Made by a program: the position numbers and the translations under genes
DNA from: Gemmatimonadota bacterium
Lineage (GTDB): Bacteria; Gemmatimonadota; Gemmatimonadetes; Gemmatimonadales; Gemmatimonadaceae
Direction: 5' to 3'
Length of the DNA: 64,000 bases
Assembly: GCA_040389905.1 (NCBI GenBank)
Contig: JAZJZK010000008.1
Span: 32,001-96,000, forward strand
Notes under the pieces: model-generated
The model's input: the letters and a program-made list of their open reading frames with translations, nothing else
What the model was told of the DNA's origin: nothing
Databases searched by the model: none
Shown: positions 26,102 to 34,776 of the stretch, one piece after another
How positions within the stretch are numbered: position 1 is the first letter of the stretch
How the letters are laid out: every line of letters begins with the position of its first letter

Positions 26102-27175
26102 CTATGCCCTTCGTAGATCGATCTCGAACGAGAAGCGTGTACCGGTCTCCGGGGTCGAGTCCACCTGCAGCGTCGATCCCATCGATCCCAGAAAGTCCTG
26201 ACAGATAGCGAGCCCCAGACCGGCATTCGAAAAGCGAATGCCCGAGGCGCTTGGCCGAAAACCGTCGAACAGCATGCCCATGACGCTGGGAGGAATGCCC
26301 TGGCCGGTATCCGACACCCAGAAGGACATGCGCGTCTCGCTCAGCTCCGTCGCGCCGATAGTGACTGAACCCTCATTCGTGTACTTGAGGGCATTCGTCA
26401 TGAGATTGAGCAACACTCGCCCGAGCGCTCCCGGGTAGCCGATCCGGCCATCGACTGCCGGCAAAATGTGCGTGATCGGCAGCCCCTTTTCCTCACTGAT
26501 CGGCCGGACGGTGTCGCAGACGCCGAGCATGACTTCGGCAACGGAGAAGGGAATCGGTCGGCCGTCGACGAGCCGCTGACCGCCCCGGACTGCGTCGATG
26601 ACGTCGCACGCGAGCGTATTGAGGCCGAGCGCCGCGCCGTAGATCAATCCGAGTTGACGTTCCTGTACCGTGGTGACAGGCCCGCTCCGGCCGCGGCGGA
26701 GCGTTTCAACGAGGAAGAGAATCGAGGTCAGCGGCGATCGCATGTCGTGCGCGATCTCGACGACCGCGTTGACCGACTGCGAGCTCGAGAGATGGCGCGT
26801 GAACTCGTTGGGTCGATCGTTGCCGTGCGGTGATTCCACCGCGTCAAGCGCGGTGATGAGTGCGGCGAGCTCAGCAGCGCCAACCGCTCCACCTTCTTGA
26901 ATAACGACGCTCAACAGGGCACGGCGCAGGGCTGCCGCATAGTGACGCGGGACGGCGGGGCGAGACATCGCTTGTGTCTCGCCGAAGTCCATGCTCGACA
27001 ACTCCCCGGTGACTGCCAGGCCGAGGAGCACGAGCCGGGTCAACTGTTCCCGTACGTCCGGCAGCGGAGTCCCATCGGTGCTCGATAGCTCCGCCGTCGC
27101 GCGGTCTGCCGCGAGATGGAGCAAGTCGTGCAGCGACGGGCTGACGATGTCGGCCGCGATATGCGTAGAAGGCAA
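26102..27175 (-). CDS. Soluble histidine kinase (HisKA-HATPase)
   Basis: AHDMRSPL, NLMTNALKY, DTGQGI, AGLGLAI. No obvious TM segment. Confidence 0.88.
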   Translation of the reverse strand: MPSTHIAADIVSPSLHDLLHLAADRATAELSSTDGTPLPDVREQLTRLVLLGLAVTGELSSMDFGETQAMSRPAVPRHYAAALRRALLSVVIQEGGAVGAAELAALITALDAVESPHGNDRPNEFTRHLSSSQSVNAVVEIAHDMRSPLTSILFLVETLRRGRSGPVTTVQERQLGLIYGAALGLNTLACDVIDAVRGGQRLVDGRPIPFSVAEVMLGVCDTVRPISEEKGLPITHILPAVDGRIGYPGALGRVLLNLMTNALKYTNEGSVTIGATELSETRMSFWVSDTGQGIPPSVMGMLFDGFRPSASGIRFSNAGLGLAICQDFLGSMGSTLQVDSTPETGTRFSFEIDLRRA

Positions 27176-27291
27176 CCGCTTTCGGATGCGTGACAGGTAG
27201 GATTCTGCTGCCTTTGGGCCATCCGTCGAGAACGTATCGGAGGGGCCGAAGGGATTGAACTTGGGAAGGCTATAACGTACTGCGCGAGGAG

Positions 27292-28866
27292 CTAGAGCGT
27301 GAGCGTTTCATTCGCGTCACGCCTGAACCCATGCCGCTCGAGCAGGCGGTACAGCGTTGTCCGATCGACGCTCGCCAGCCGCGCGGCGCGCGACATGTTT
27401 CCTGCGGCACGCGACACGAGACGCGTCACGTACTCCTTCTCGAAGGACGCAAGAACCTGCTCCTTCGCAACGTGATAGGCGTCGTGCATCGGCACGCCGA
27501 CGGTGATGGATGGGTCGCTGAACGAATCATCCTGCCCCATGGGAATGTCCTCCGGGACGATCAGGCTCCCGGGGGCGGTGAGGACGACGAGGTGCTCCAC
27601 CACATTCTGCAGTTCGCGCACATTGCCGCGCCACGACCTGCCCTGGAGAAACTCGATCGCTTCCGGGCTGAAGGTGGGCAACTCGTCGCGCGAGGTATGA
27701 TGCCGCTTCCAGAAATGCGCGAGGAAGTGGTTCGCGAGGATCGCAATATCCTCAATGCGTGAGCGAAGAGGCGGGAGCGCAATCGACACCACGTTCAGGC
27801 GGTAATACAGATCCTCACGCAGGTGCTTGCTCTGAATCGCCAGGCGCGGATCCCGATTGGTGGCGGAGATGAAGCGGATGTCCACCTGGGCATCCTGCTG
27901 CTCGCTGCCGACACGCCGCACCACCCCATCCTGAACGACGCGCAACAGCTTCGCCTGAAGCGGCAGCGCCATCTCGGTGAGCTCGTCGAGGAAGAATGTG
28001 CCTCCATGTGCCGCCTCGAGGAGGCCGGTCTTCTCGCGATCGGCACCCGTAAACGCGCCCTTGCGATGACCGAACATTTCCGACTCGAGGAGATGCTCCG
28101 GCATGGCCGCGCAGTTGATCGGGACCAGTGCCTCCCCGGAGCGCCGGCTGTGCCGGTGAATGAACTGCGCGAACATTTCCTTGCCCGTTCCGCTCTCGCC
28201 CACGAGCATCACGGAGGCGTTCGTCGCCGCCACCTTGCGCGCGAGCTCGACCGCCGTCCGAAAGGCGGGAGAGACGCCGAGCAACGTGATCTGATCGCTG
28301 TTGCCGTGCGCCGGAACGAGATCCGACGCGGACTCCGTCGCAGCGCGATTGGTGAGCACCGCGTGGGCCGCGCGACCGAACATGAGGTGCAGGTGCGTCC
28401 CCGAAAAGGGCTTGGGCAGATAGTCCCAGGCTCCGATGCGCATGGCCTCGAGGCTGGACGCGACGCTGGGATTGCCGGTCATCACGATGACGATCGTGTT
28501 CGGCTGCGCCTCCAGGACGGCCTTGAGGATCTCGATCCCGGGGACGGGCGTCATGTAGAGATCGACCAGCACAATATCGAAACGAGAGCGACGGAAGAGC
28601 TCGATCGCTTCATCGCCGCGTCCACTCGAGGCGACATTGTACCCCTCGACCTGCAGGACGCTCGCGCACCCCTCTCGCAGGATCCTGTCGTCGTCCACGA
28701 CGAGCACCCGAATTGACGCCCGGGCTTCCATCGGAACCATTGCGGTATCCGGAATCTGTGTCTCACCAACTGGGACGCGGAGCGAGACCGCTGAGTCCGT
28801 CAAACGTGAGACGACATCCACCTCGCTACTCCGGAGGGGCCCGGAACTGCTATTACTGATCGGCAT
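27292..28866 (-). CDS. Sigma-54-dependent response regulator (NtrC/AtoC/PrsR-like; REC-AAA+-Fis HTH); start uncertain
   Basis: VLVVDDD, VDLYM, GESGTGKE, GAFTGA, FLDE, REDLYYRLNV, GNVREL, HTH AARLASVDRTTLYR. Confidence 0.93.
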   Translation of the reverse strand: MPISNSSSGPLRSSEVDVVSRLTDSAVSLRVPVGETQIPDTAMVPMEARASIRVLVVDDDRILREGCASVLQVEGYNVASSGRGDEAIELFRRSRFDIVLVDLYMTPVPGIEILKAVLEAQPNTIVIVMTGNPSVASSLEAMRIGAWDYLPKPFSGTHLHLMFGRAAHAVLTNRAATESASDLVPAHGNSDQITLLGVSPAFRTAVELARKVAATNASVMLVGESGTGKEMFAQFIHRHSRRSGEALVPINCAAMPEHLLESEMFGHRKGAFTGADREKTGLLEAAHGGTFFLDELTEMALPLQAKLLRVVQDGVVRRVGSEQQDAQVDIRFISATNRDPRLAIQSKHLREDLYYRLNVVSIALPPLRSRIEDIAILANHFLAHFWKRHHTSRDELPTFSPEAIEFLQGRSWRGNVRELQNVVEHLVVLTAPGSLIVPEDIPMGQDDSFSDPSITVGVPMHDAYHVAKEQVLASFEKEYVTRLVSRAAGNMSRAARLASVDRTTLYRLLERHGFRRDANETLTL

Positions 28867-29077
28867 TTCGTGTCCCGACGTCGGGGGGAATGCGGTGCGA
28901 GCCGTGTGAGCGCCAGTGTTGCTTGTCCACAACAACAATAGTAGGTGTCGCGCGTCACCAACGTCCCATGCCAGAGCCAAAATGTCAAGGAAATCCCCTG
29001 AATTGGCCTAAATCTACAAAAAAAGTCCGCGACCAAGTGATTGATCGCGGACCACGCGACTAGCATCAGGACGACTC

Positions 29078-29095
29078 TGTTGCGATGCCGCAACA
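29078..29095. promoter_or_regulatory. Perfect inverted repeat, putative activator binding site upstream of the sigma-54 regulator
   Basis: TGTTGCG-ATGC-CGCAACA (TGT-N12-ACA). Confidence 0.6.
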
Positions 29096-29105
29096 GCTGG
29101 CCTGA

Positions 29106-30044
29106 TCAGCTCACGGGCAACTCGCTGAAGCTGAAGGCACCACTCGAGCGCTTTCCCTCCATCTGTTTCTGCGTGTGGGTCAGGGCGGCCTTGGCCCGGC
29201 GAACCACCTCATTGGCATCGACCCCTGCCGCGCTGAAATCAGGTACCGCGTAGTATCCCGCGTGCAGTCCGGCATACGGCTGCTCCATTTCGAGATTCGA
29301 CGAGGTCTTCGTCACCGCACGCGTGAGCCTGTCGACGAACAGTCGCGCGCCTTGCTCATCCGTATCGGGCGCCAGGATCGCGAAACGGCTCTCTCCGACG
29401 TATCCGATGACGTCCGACTTGCGGCTCTGTGCCCGACAGACGTCCGCCATGTACGTCAACTCGGCGCTCGCGGGCTTGTTGGTGTACCCGTCCGCCACGG
29501 CATTCGAGGTGACGGCGACACACGCGAACGGTTCATGCTTCCGCGATGCCCGTGCACCAAGCTGCTCCGCCCACTGTTGAAGCCCGTACACGCTGTACAG
29601 GCCGGTCAACGGATCGATCAGCGAGGACGCTTGGACATCCTCCAACCGCCGCCGAGCGCGTACGTAGGTGCTCATCTTGAGCAGCAGCGTTTCGATATCG
29701 AGTGGCTGGCTACAGAAGTCCCACGCTCCCGCCTCGTAGGCGGCGAGACGGACGCGGTTCGACGCCGGCGCGGGCGAGGTGACGATTACCGGGATGGAAT
29801 GATCGAAAAGTGGGTCGTCCCGCAGCGCACGACACACCTCGACGCCGCCCATTTCGGAGAGCGAATCATCGAGGAGGATGGCGTCTGGATTGACGCGTCT
29901 CGCGAGGTCGAGTGCGCGGCGGCCACCCGCCACACGCAGGACCGTGAATCCGTTCAACTCGAGCACACTCTCGACGGAACGGCCGACCCATTCGCCATGG
30001 CTGGCGATGAGTACGAGCATTGGGCGCTTGGAAAGTTCAACCAT
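29106..30044 (-). CDS. Atypical response regulator with degenerate GGDEF domain
   Basis: REC-like N-terminus lacking the acidic pair and conserved Lys (LIASHG; CSQP). IDPLTGL, RKSD I-site, and GESRF in place of GGDEF. Confidence 0.82.
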   Translation of the reverse strand: MVELSKRPMLVLIASHGEWVGRSVESVLELNGFTVLRVAGGRRALDLARRVNPDAILLDDSLSEMGGVEVCRALRDDPLFDHSIPVIVTSPAPASNRVRLAAYEAGAWDFCSQPLDIETLLLKMSTYVRARRRLEDVQASSLIDPLTGLYSVYGLQQWAEQLGARASRKHEPFACVAVTSNAVADGYTNKPASAELTYMADVCRAQSRKSDVIGYVGESRFAILAPDTDEQGARLFVDRLTRAVTKTSSNLEMEQPYAGLHAGYYAVPDFSAAGVDANEVVRRAKAALTHTQKQMEGKRSSGAFSFSELPVS

Positions 30045-30095
30045 GGTCGGACACGTTGAGACAGGTGGTGACGATGACTACCAACGAACGAAGTA

Positions 30096-31169
30096 CTAAT
30101 GAGGTGCCGTGACGAGTGATTCCGACGACAGATACTGCGTCGCGTACCAATGCAACGCTTCGCGCAGGCCATCCGCCGTCGAGCGAAGCGGTTCGTACCC
30201 AAGGGAATGGCGCGCCTTGCTGATGTCCGCCACGGACCGGCGAATGTCACCGAGGCGCTCCGGTGCATAGGACGGCGTTGCGTTGGCGACCACAGGATGT
30301 ACGGCCGCGAGTCCGTCGCGGATGATGTAGAACAGCTCGTTGAGCGTGGTTTCCGCGCCACAGGCGATGTTGTATGCCTGCGACGTGACCACTGGGTCCG
30401 GCGCCGTTGCCGCCAACACATTCGCCTGCACGACGTTGGCGACGTAACAGAAATCTCGGCTCGCACCACCATCGCCGAATACTTCGCAGGGTTGCTCGCT
30501 GAGCAGCTTCGCGGTCCAGCGCGGAATCACGGCGGCATAAGCGCCCTCCGGATCCTGCCGGCGACCGAAAATGTTGTAGTAGCGAAGACCCACCGTTTCG
30601 AGTCCGTAGCTCCGCTGGAAGGCGGCCGCATAGAGCTCATTCGCCGCCTTCGACGCCGCATATGGCGACAAGACCATTCCGGTGTCGTGCTCGACCTGCG
30701 GGACGGTCGCCGCGTCACCATAGACGGCGCTGGAGGATGCATACACCACACGTTGCGCTGACGCATCACGTGCGGCGAGCATCACGTTGAGAAATCCGTC
30801 CACGTTCACCTGGCAGCTCGTCAACGGATCGACCAGAGACTCCGGCACGGACGCAAGCGCCGCATGGTGTAGTACGTAGTCCACACCGTCCGCCGCCTTC
30901 CGGCAGATCGCCGTGTCGCGAATGTCACCCTCGACAAAGGAAAACACGCCGGACGCGCCTGCGGTCGCGGCGACTACGTCATCCAGATTGGCGCGATGGC
31001 CCGTGGAGAAGTTGTCGAGACCGACCACGCGCTGACCGAGCGCGACGAGCTCCTCAACCAGATTCGACCCAATGAAGCCCGCAGCACCCGTCACCAGCCA
31101 GACCTTCGGCGAGGCGATGAGCTCGCTACGCACAAGGTCGTATCGAGTTGGATTGGGTGGCTGACTCAT
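30096..31169 (-). CDS. NAD-dependent UDP-hexosamine 4-epimerase (WbpP/TviC-like)
   Basis: WLVTGAAGFIGSNL, YASSSAVYGD, PYAASK, LRYYNIFGRRQDPEGAYAAVIP. Confidence 0.9.
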   Translation of the reverse strand: MSQPPNPTRYDLVRSELIASPKVWLVTGAAGFIGSNLVEELVALGQRVVGLDNFSTGHRANLDDVVAATAGASGVFSFVEGDIRDTAICRKAADGVDYVLHHAALASVPESLVDPLTSCQVNVDGFLNVMLAARDASAQRVVYASSSAVYGDAATVPQVEHDTGMVLSPYAASKAANELYAAAFQRSYGLETVGLRYYNIFGRRQDPEGAYAAVIPRWTAKLLSEQPCEVFGDGGASRDFCYVANVVQANVLAATAPDPVVTSQAYNIACGAETTLNELFYIIRDGLAAVHPVVANATPSYAPERLGDIRRSVADISKARHSLGYEPLRSTADGLREALHWYATQYLSSESLVTAPH

Positions 31170-31209
31170 GGTTGGTCGCTGGAAGATGCAAATTGCCAAC
31201 ACCGCATCG

Positions 31210-31361
31210 GGCATCTTCCATTCCCCACGAGTGCCCTTGATGACAAAGCGGCTAACATGTTGACAAATAACAACTTGCGAAATATTGCGTCCGCTCACTC
31301 CCGTGAGCCATGTCACAGAAGTGTCGCAGCTATCCCGCACATTTGTCGCCTAGATGCCGCA
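31210..31361 (-). promoter_or_regulatory. Putative sigma-54 promoter, IHF-like site and tandem activator sites for the epimerase
   Basis: GGGAATGGAAGATGCC (- strand, 31210-31225), AT-rich box 31258-31276, TGTCGC-N6-SCCGCA at 31322 and 31344 (22 bp apart). Confidence 0.6.
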
Positions 31362-31507
31362 AATAGCCACTGTGGGCCAGAGCGGGGCCCAAGCTTCAAC
31401 TTCACCGTTCAAGTGGTTGCCCGAGCCCCGTGGCCAGGGGCACCAGGTTCGCCGTCGGCGGCTCGACGCAACAAACAGTCGCTCAATCCGCGTTCATTAA
31501 ACAGCGC

Positions 31508-34500
31508 TTACGGTGTTAGGGAGAGCTGAAACCCAACACTCCGAGACCGGGGAAGCTGTCCAAGCTCTGCCCCGCGATACGTCGACGTGCTGAGGATCGT
31601 TTCCGGGTCGATGTTCGCAGCCGGCGTCCACATCGCCAGATTACGGCCGATAAAGGAGAGTCGAATACTCTGCGCCCGTAGCGCCTCGAAGAATCGCAAC
31701 GGGAGCGCATAGCTCAACCGGAACTCACGCAGCTTTACGAAGCTCGCGTCGTAAATCCACCGCTCCGAGATGCTCCCGAGGGCATGGTAGTAATCCTCGG
31801 TCGTGGCGTGGGTTGTGTTGGGCCGTCCCGTCACCACGTCGAGCCCCACGATCAGCAGCCCCGTGTCGGGGCGAAAGGCCGTTTCCTCCAGCACACCTGA
31901 GTAGGCGCCGGCGCGGTTACTGGCACTATAAATCTTCCCGCCGTGATGCGCATCGAGGAGCAGGCTCACCTCCGCCCCCTTGAAGCGAAGCGATGACGAG
32001 AGGCCCCCAATCCATGACGGTACGCCCTGTCCAAGGAAGACGGCCCCGGAGACGGAATCCGGCTGCGGCACTCCGTTCCGCAGCAGCAGGTTCCCCGCGC
32101 CGTCGCGCAGGTACTGGGTTCCGAAGAGCGCCCCGAGCGAGTAGCCTGGCCGCGCTACAATGGAGAGCATGTCGATCGACGGTCCCAGCGCGATCGTCCC
32201 GTTCGTGCCGGAGAGTCCGCCCACGGTATTGCTGTTCATCCCGAACGTCAGTCCTGCTCGCCACTCCAACCCGTTGTCCAGACGGAGCGGCACGAATGCC
32301 ACCGTGGTCTCGATTCCATTGTTGCTCATCGAGCCAGTCCGCAGGTAGCCCGTTTCCGCCGGGAGCAGCAGATCATTGCTCCCTTCCCGATAGTACGTGA
32401 GATCGAACGCGACGCGATCGTTCCAGAGTGCCGCCGACACGCCGGCCTCCAACGCGTTGGTCGTCTCCGGTGTCCCCAACGTCGGGCCGGTCACCGCTGG
32501 GTCAATAAGCCCAAGTCGCTGAAGCGTCGCCGCAGTGGCGTCGTTGCCAGCGCGGGACCACCCGCCACGAACGACGAGCGACTGAAGCGTCCGCGTGCTC
32601 CCAAGCGAGTCGGGGCGAATGACGCCGTACGACAATTGGACCGATGGGTAGATCGTGCCAACATGCGCCGCGGGCGACGGCGCAGCAGACTCGTAGCGCA
32701 CGCCTGCCGAAAGTGCCGCGCGCTCACGGAACGTGGCGTCGATGCCGCCGAAGGCCAGGTCACTGCTCGAAGAACCGTTCCAGCTGGCGCTTGGCAGCGC
32801 CTCCGCGGCGACCAGACGGTCGGTCGCCTGGATATAGAGATCGAGCGACTCGTTGCGGTGTCCCAGCCCGGCCGATGCCGACACCGCCAGCTCTCCCCGG
32901 CGCGCGCTCGTGGTCTGCAGCATGGCGTCGTAGTTCAGCGCCGCGCGACGGATATTGGTGTTCTGCGAGCCACCGGTGGAGAAGTCGCCGCGCCCCTTGA
33001 AGTACGGAAACCCACCCATCCATCCGCCGGCCACCGAGAAGATGCGGTCGTCGGATGACCGGTCCGCGCCAATCGTGGCACTCCCAGTCAGCCAGCTCGT
33101 GAGGCTGACCGAGGTGGTCACGCCGAGGAGCGCCCGAAGCCGGTTGTCATGATTGTCGTTCTGGAGCGCAGCCCAGTACGGATTGTTCCGGCCATTGTAG
33201 TTCCAGCTCAGCTGCGCCGCCTTGAAGTCCCGCTGCAGTGTTTGATACGTCTGGACGTCGACCTGCCGGCCCATGTGGGAGAAGCCCGAAACCGGATTGC
33301 TCTCGTCGAACCCCGTGCCTGGGCGGTCCTGGGCCACCTCGTTGTAGATATGGAAGCTGCCGTCGACGGCGATACGGCTGGTCGCCTGCACGCCGCCGGA
33401 GAAGACCGCGTCGCGCCGCGTGAGTGTGCTCTGCGGCGTGATCCCGCTGGAGAAGCGGTTGCTGACCGCCGCACGAAAATGCCCTTGGTCATCGCCACCG
33501 AGCACGGCAACGTTTGTCGCGCGCGTCGATCCCCCCACGAAATAGCTGCTCACGTTGTCGGGTCGAGCGACCCACTGCCGTACATCCGGACGCCCCGCTT
33601 CGACCAGACTTGCCTGCAGCACCGCCGAGCCATCGAGCGCCGGGCCCCAACTCTGATCGGTCGCGTCGTTGACGCCGCCACCCTTTCCGTCGAAGAACGC
33701 GAAGGCGCCGCGGAGTCCCTGCCCATACGCGTTCTGATAGGAAGGCAGCCGGACGGCCGCCTCGCGCGTGATCTGCTGGTTCGCAGAAACGGCGAATCCG
33801 CGCAGCCCACGAGCGCTCTTCGTCGTGATGACGATGGCGCCATTCGCGCCTCGTCCCCCGAAACGCCGAGAGGCGGCTGGGCCGCGGACGACTTCGAGCG
33901 TGGCGATATCGTCGAGGTTGAGGTCGCCGATCGTCGTACCATAGTCGAAGCCGCCTTGCCCGACGCGCTGCAACGTTTCCGAGACGTTACTGTTGTCGGC
34001 GAGCACGCCGTCGACGACCACGAGCGGCTGCGTCAGTCCGATGATGGAGCGCGGTCCACGCACGATGAGCGAGCTCGCTCCGCCAAAGGTCGCCGCGGTT
34101 TGCACCTCGACGCCGGCCAGCCGGCCGGCGAGCGCGCTGGCGAGATCGGTCGAGCCGGCAACGTCGCCAAACACGAGGCTGTCGAGGATCGACGAGTGAA
34201 GGAGCGGCGCCGCACGTCCGGCTACTTCGACGGCCGCGACGTCTGGCGCCGTCGTTGCCGGCGTGGCTTCCGGAACACCAGTCGCCGGCGTCGTCCTGGG
34301 CGGATCCGTCCTTGGCGGTGTTCGTGCCGGCGGGGCGGTATTGATGTCGAAGTCGATATTCAGCGCGCCTCCGACCAACTGGATCGGAACATTCTGTGGT
34401 GGGAAGCGAAGGTACGATGCCGTGAGCTGGACCGTTTGACCGCGCACGCGAATGGACGGCACGATGAAGCTGTACCGCCCCTCGTCATTCGATGTGGAGC

Positions 34501-34666
34501 CCAGGTTCAGCGAATCGATGCGAATCTTGGCTCCGCGAACCGGAAGACCGGCAGAGGACACGTGTCCGGTGATGGTGACGGCTTCCTGAGCGGCGGAGCT
34601 CAGCGACACGAGAGTCAGAAGCAGCAGGGAGCAGATGCCGGGACCGCAGATGCGGCGCGTGATCAC
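31508..34666 (-). CDS. SusC/RagA-like TonB-dependent outer membrane receptor
   Basis: Signal peptide, carboxypeptidase-regulatory-like N-domain, Pro/Thr linker, plug (QPLVVVDGV, DLNLDDIATLEVVRG, GANGAIVITTK), YDASFVKLRE, C-terminal beta strand. Start uncertain. Confidence 0.88.
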   Translation of the reverse strand: MITRRICGPGICSLLLLTLVSLSSAAQEAVTITGHVSSAGLPVRGAKIRIDSLNLGSTSNDEGRYSFIVPSIRVRGQTVQLTASYLRFPPQNVPIQLVGGALNIDFDINTAPPARTPPRTDPPRTTPATGVPEATPATTAPDVAAVEVAGRAAPLLHSSILDSLVFGDVAGSTDLASALAGRLAGVEVQTAATFGGASSLIVRGPRSIIGLTQPLVVVDGVLADNSNVSETLQRVGQGGFDYGTTIGDLNLDDIATLEVVRGPAASRRFGGRGANGAIVITTKSARGLRGFAVSANQQITREAAVRLPSYQNAYGQGLRGAFAFFDGKGGGVNDATDQSWGPALDGSAVLQASLVEAGRPDVRQWVARPDNVSSYFVGGSTRATNVAVLGGDDQGHFRAAVSNRFSSGITPQSTLTRRDAVFSGGVQATSRIAVDGSFHIYNEVAQDRPGTGFDESNPVSGFSHMGRQVDVQTYQTLQRDFKAAQLSWNYNGRNNPYWAALQNDNHDNRLRALLGVTTSVSLTSWLTGSATIGADRSSDDRIFSVAGGWMGGFPYFKGRGDFSTGGSQNTNIRRAALNYDAMLQTTSARRGELAVSASAGLGHRNESLDLYIQATDRLVAAEALPSASWNGSSSSDLAFGGIDATFRERAALSAGVRYESAAPSPAAHVGTIYPSVQLSYGVIRPDSLGSTRTLQSLVVRGGWSRAGNDATAATLQRLGLIDPAVTGPTLGTPETTNALEAGVSAALWNDRVAFDLTYYREGSNDLLLPAETGYLRTGSMSNNGIETTVAFVPLRLDNGLEWRAGLTFGMNSNTVGGLSGTNGTIALGPSIDMLSIVARPGYSLGALFGTQYLRDGAGNLLLRNGVPQPDSVSGAVFLGQGVPSWIGGLSSSLRFKGAEVSLLLDAHHGGKIYSASNRAGAYSGVLEETAFRPDTGLLIVGLDVVTGRPNTTHATTEDYYHALGSISERWIYDASFVKLREFRLSYALPLRFFEALRAQSIRLSFIGRNLAMWTPAANIDPETILSTSTYRGAELGQLPRSRSVGFQLSLTP

Positions 34667-34776
34667 CGAATGGGACCTCGTAAAAAGACGCGAAGGGCTA
34701 GCCGGTCGAGACAATGATCGGCACTCGTGAAAAAGTAGGCACCGGGACACGCCGGTGAAGGATGCCGCGTGAGAAG

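Noticed and set aside
28957..28973. Sigma-54 promoter for the activator gene (TGGCATGGGACGTTGGT, - strand)
   Set aside because: Good -24 half, but the -12 element is off by one base and reads GG rather than GC, so it was not called.
33149..34717. 522-aa + strand ORF
   Set aside because: Antisense shadow of the SusC-like gene.
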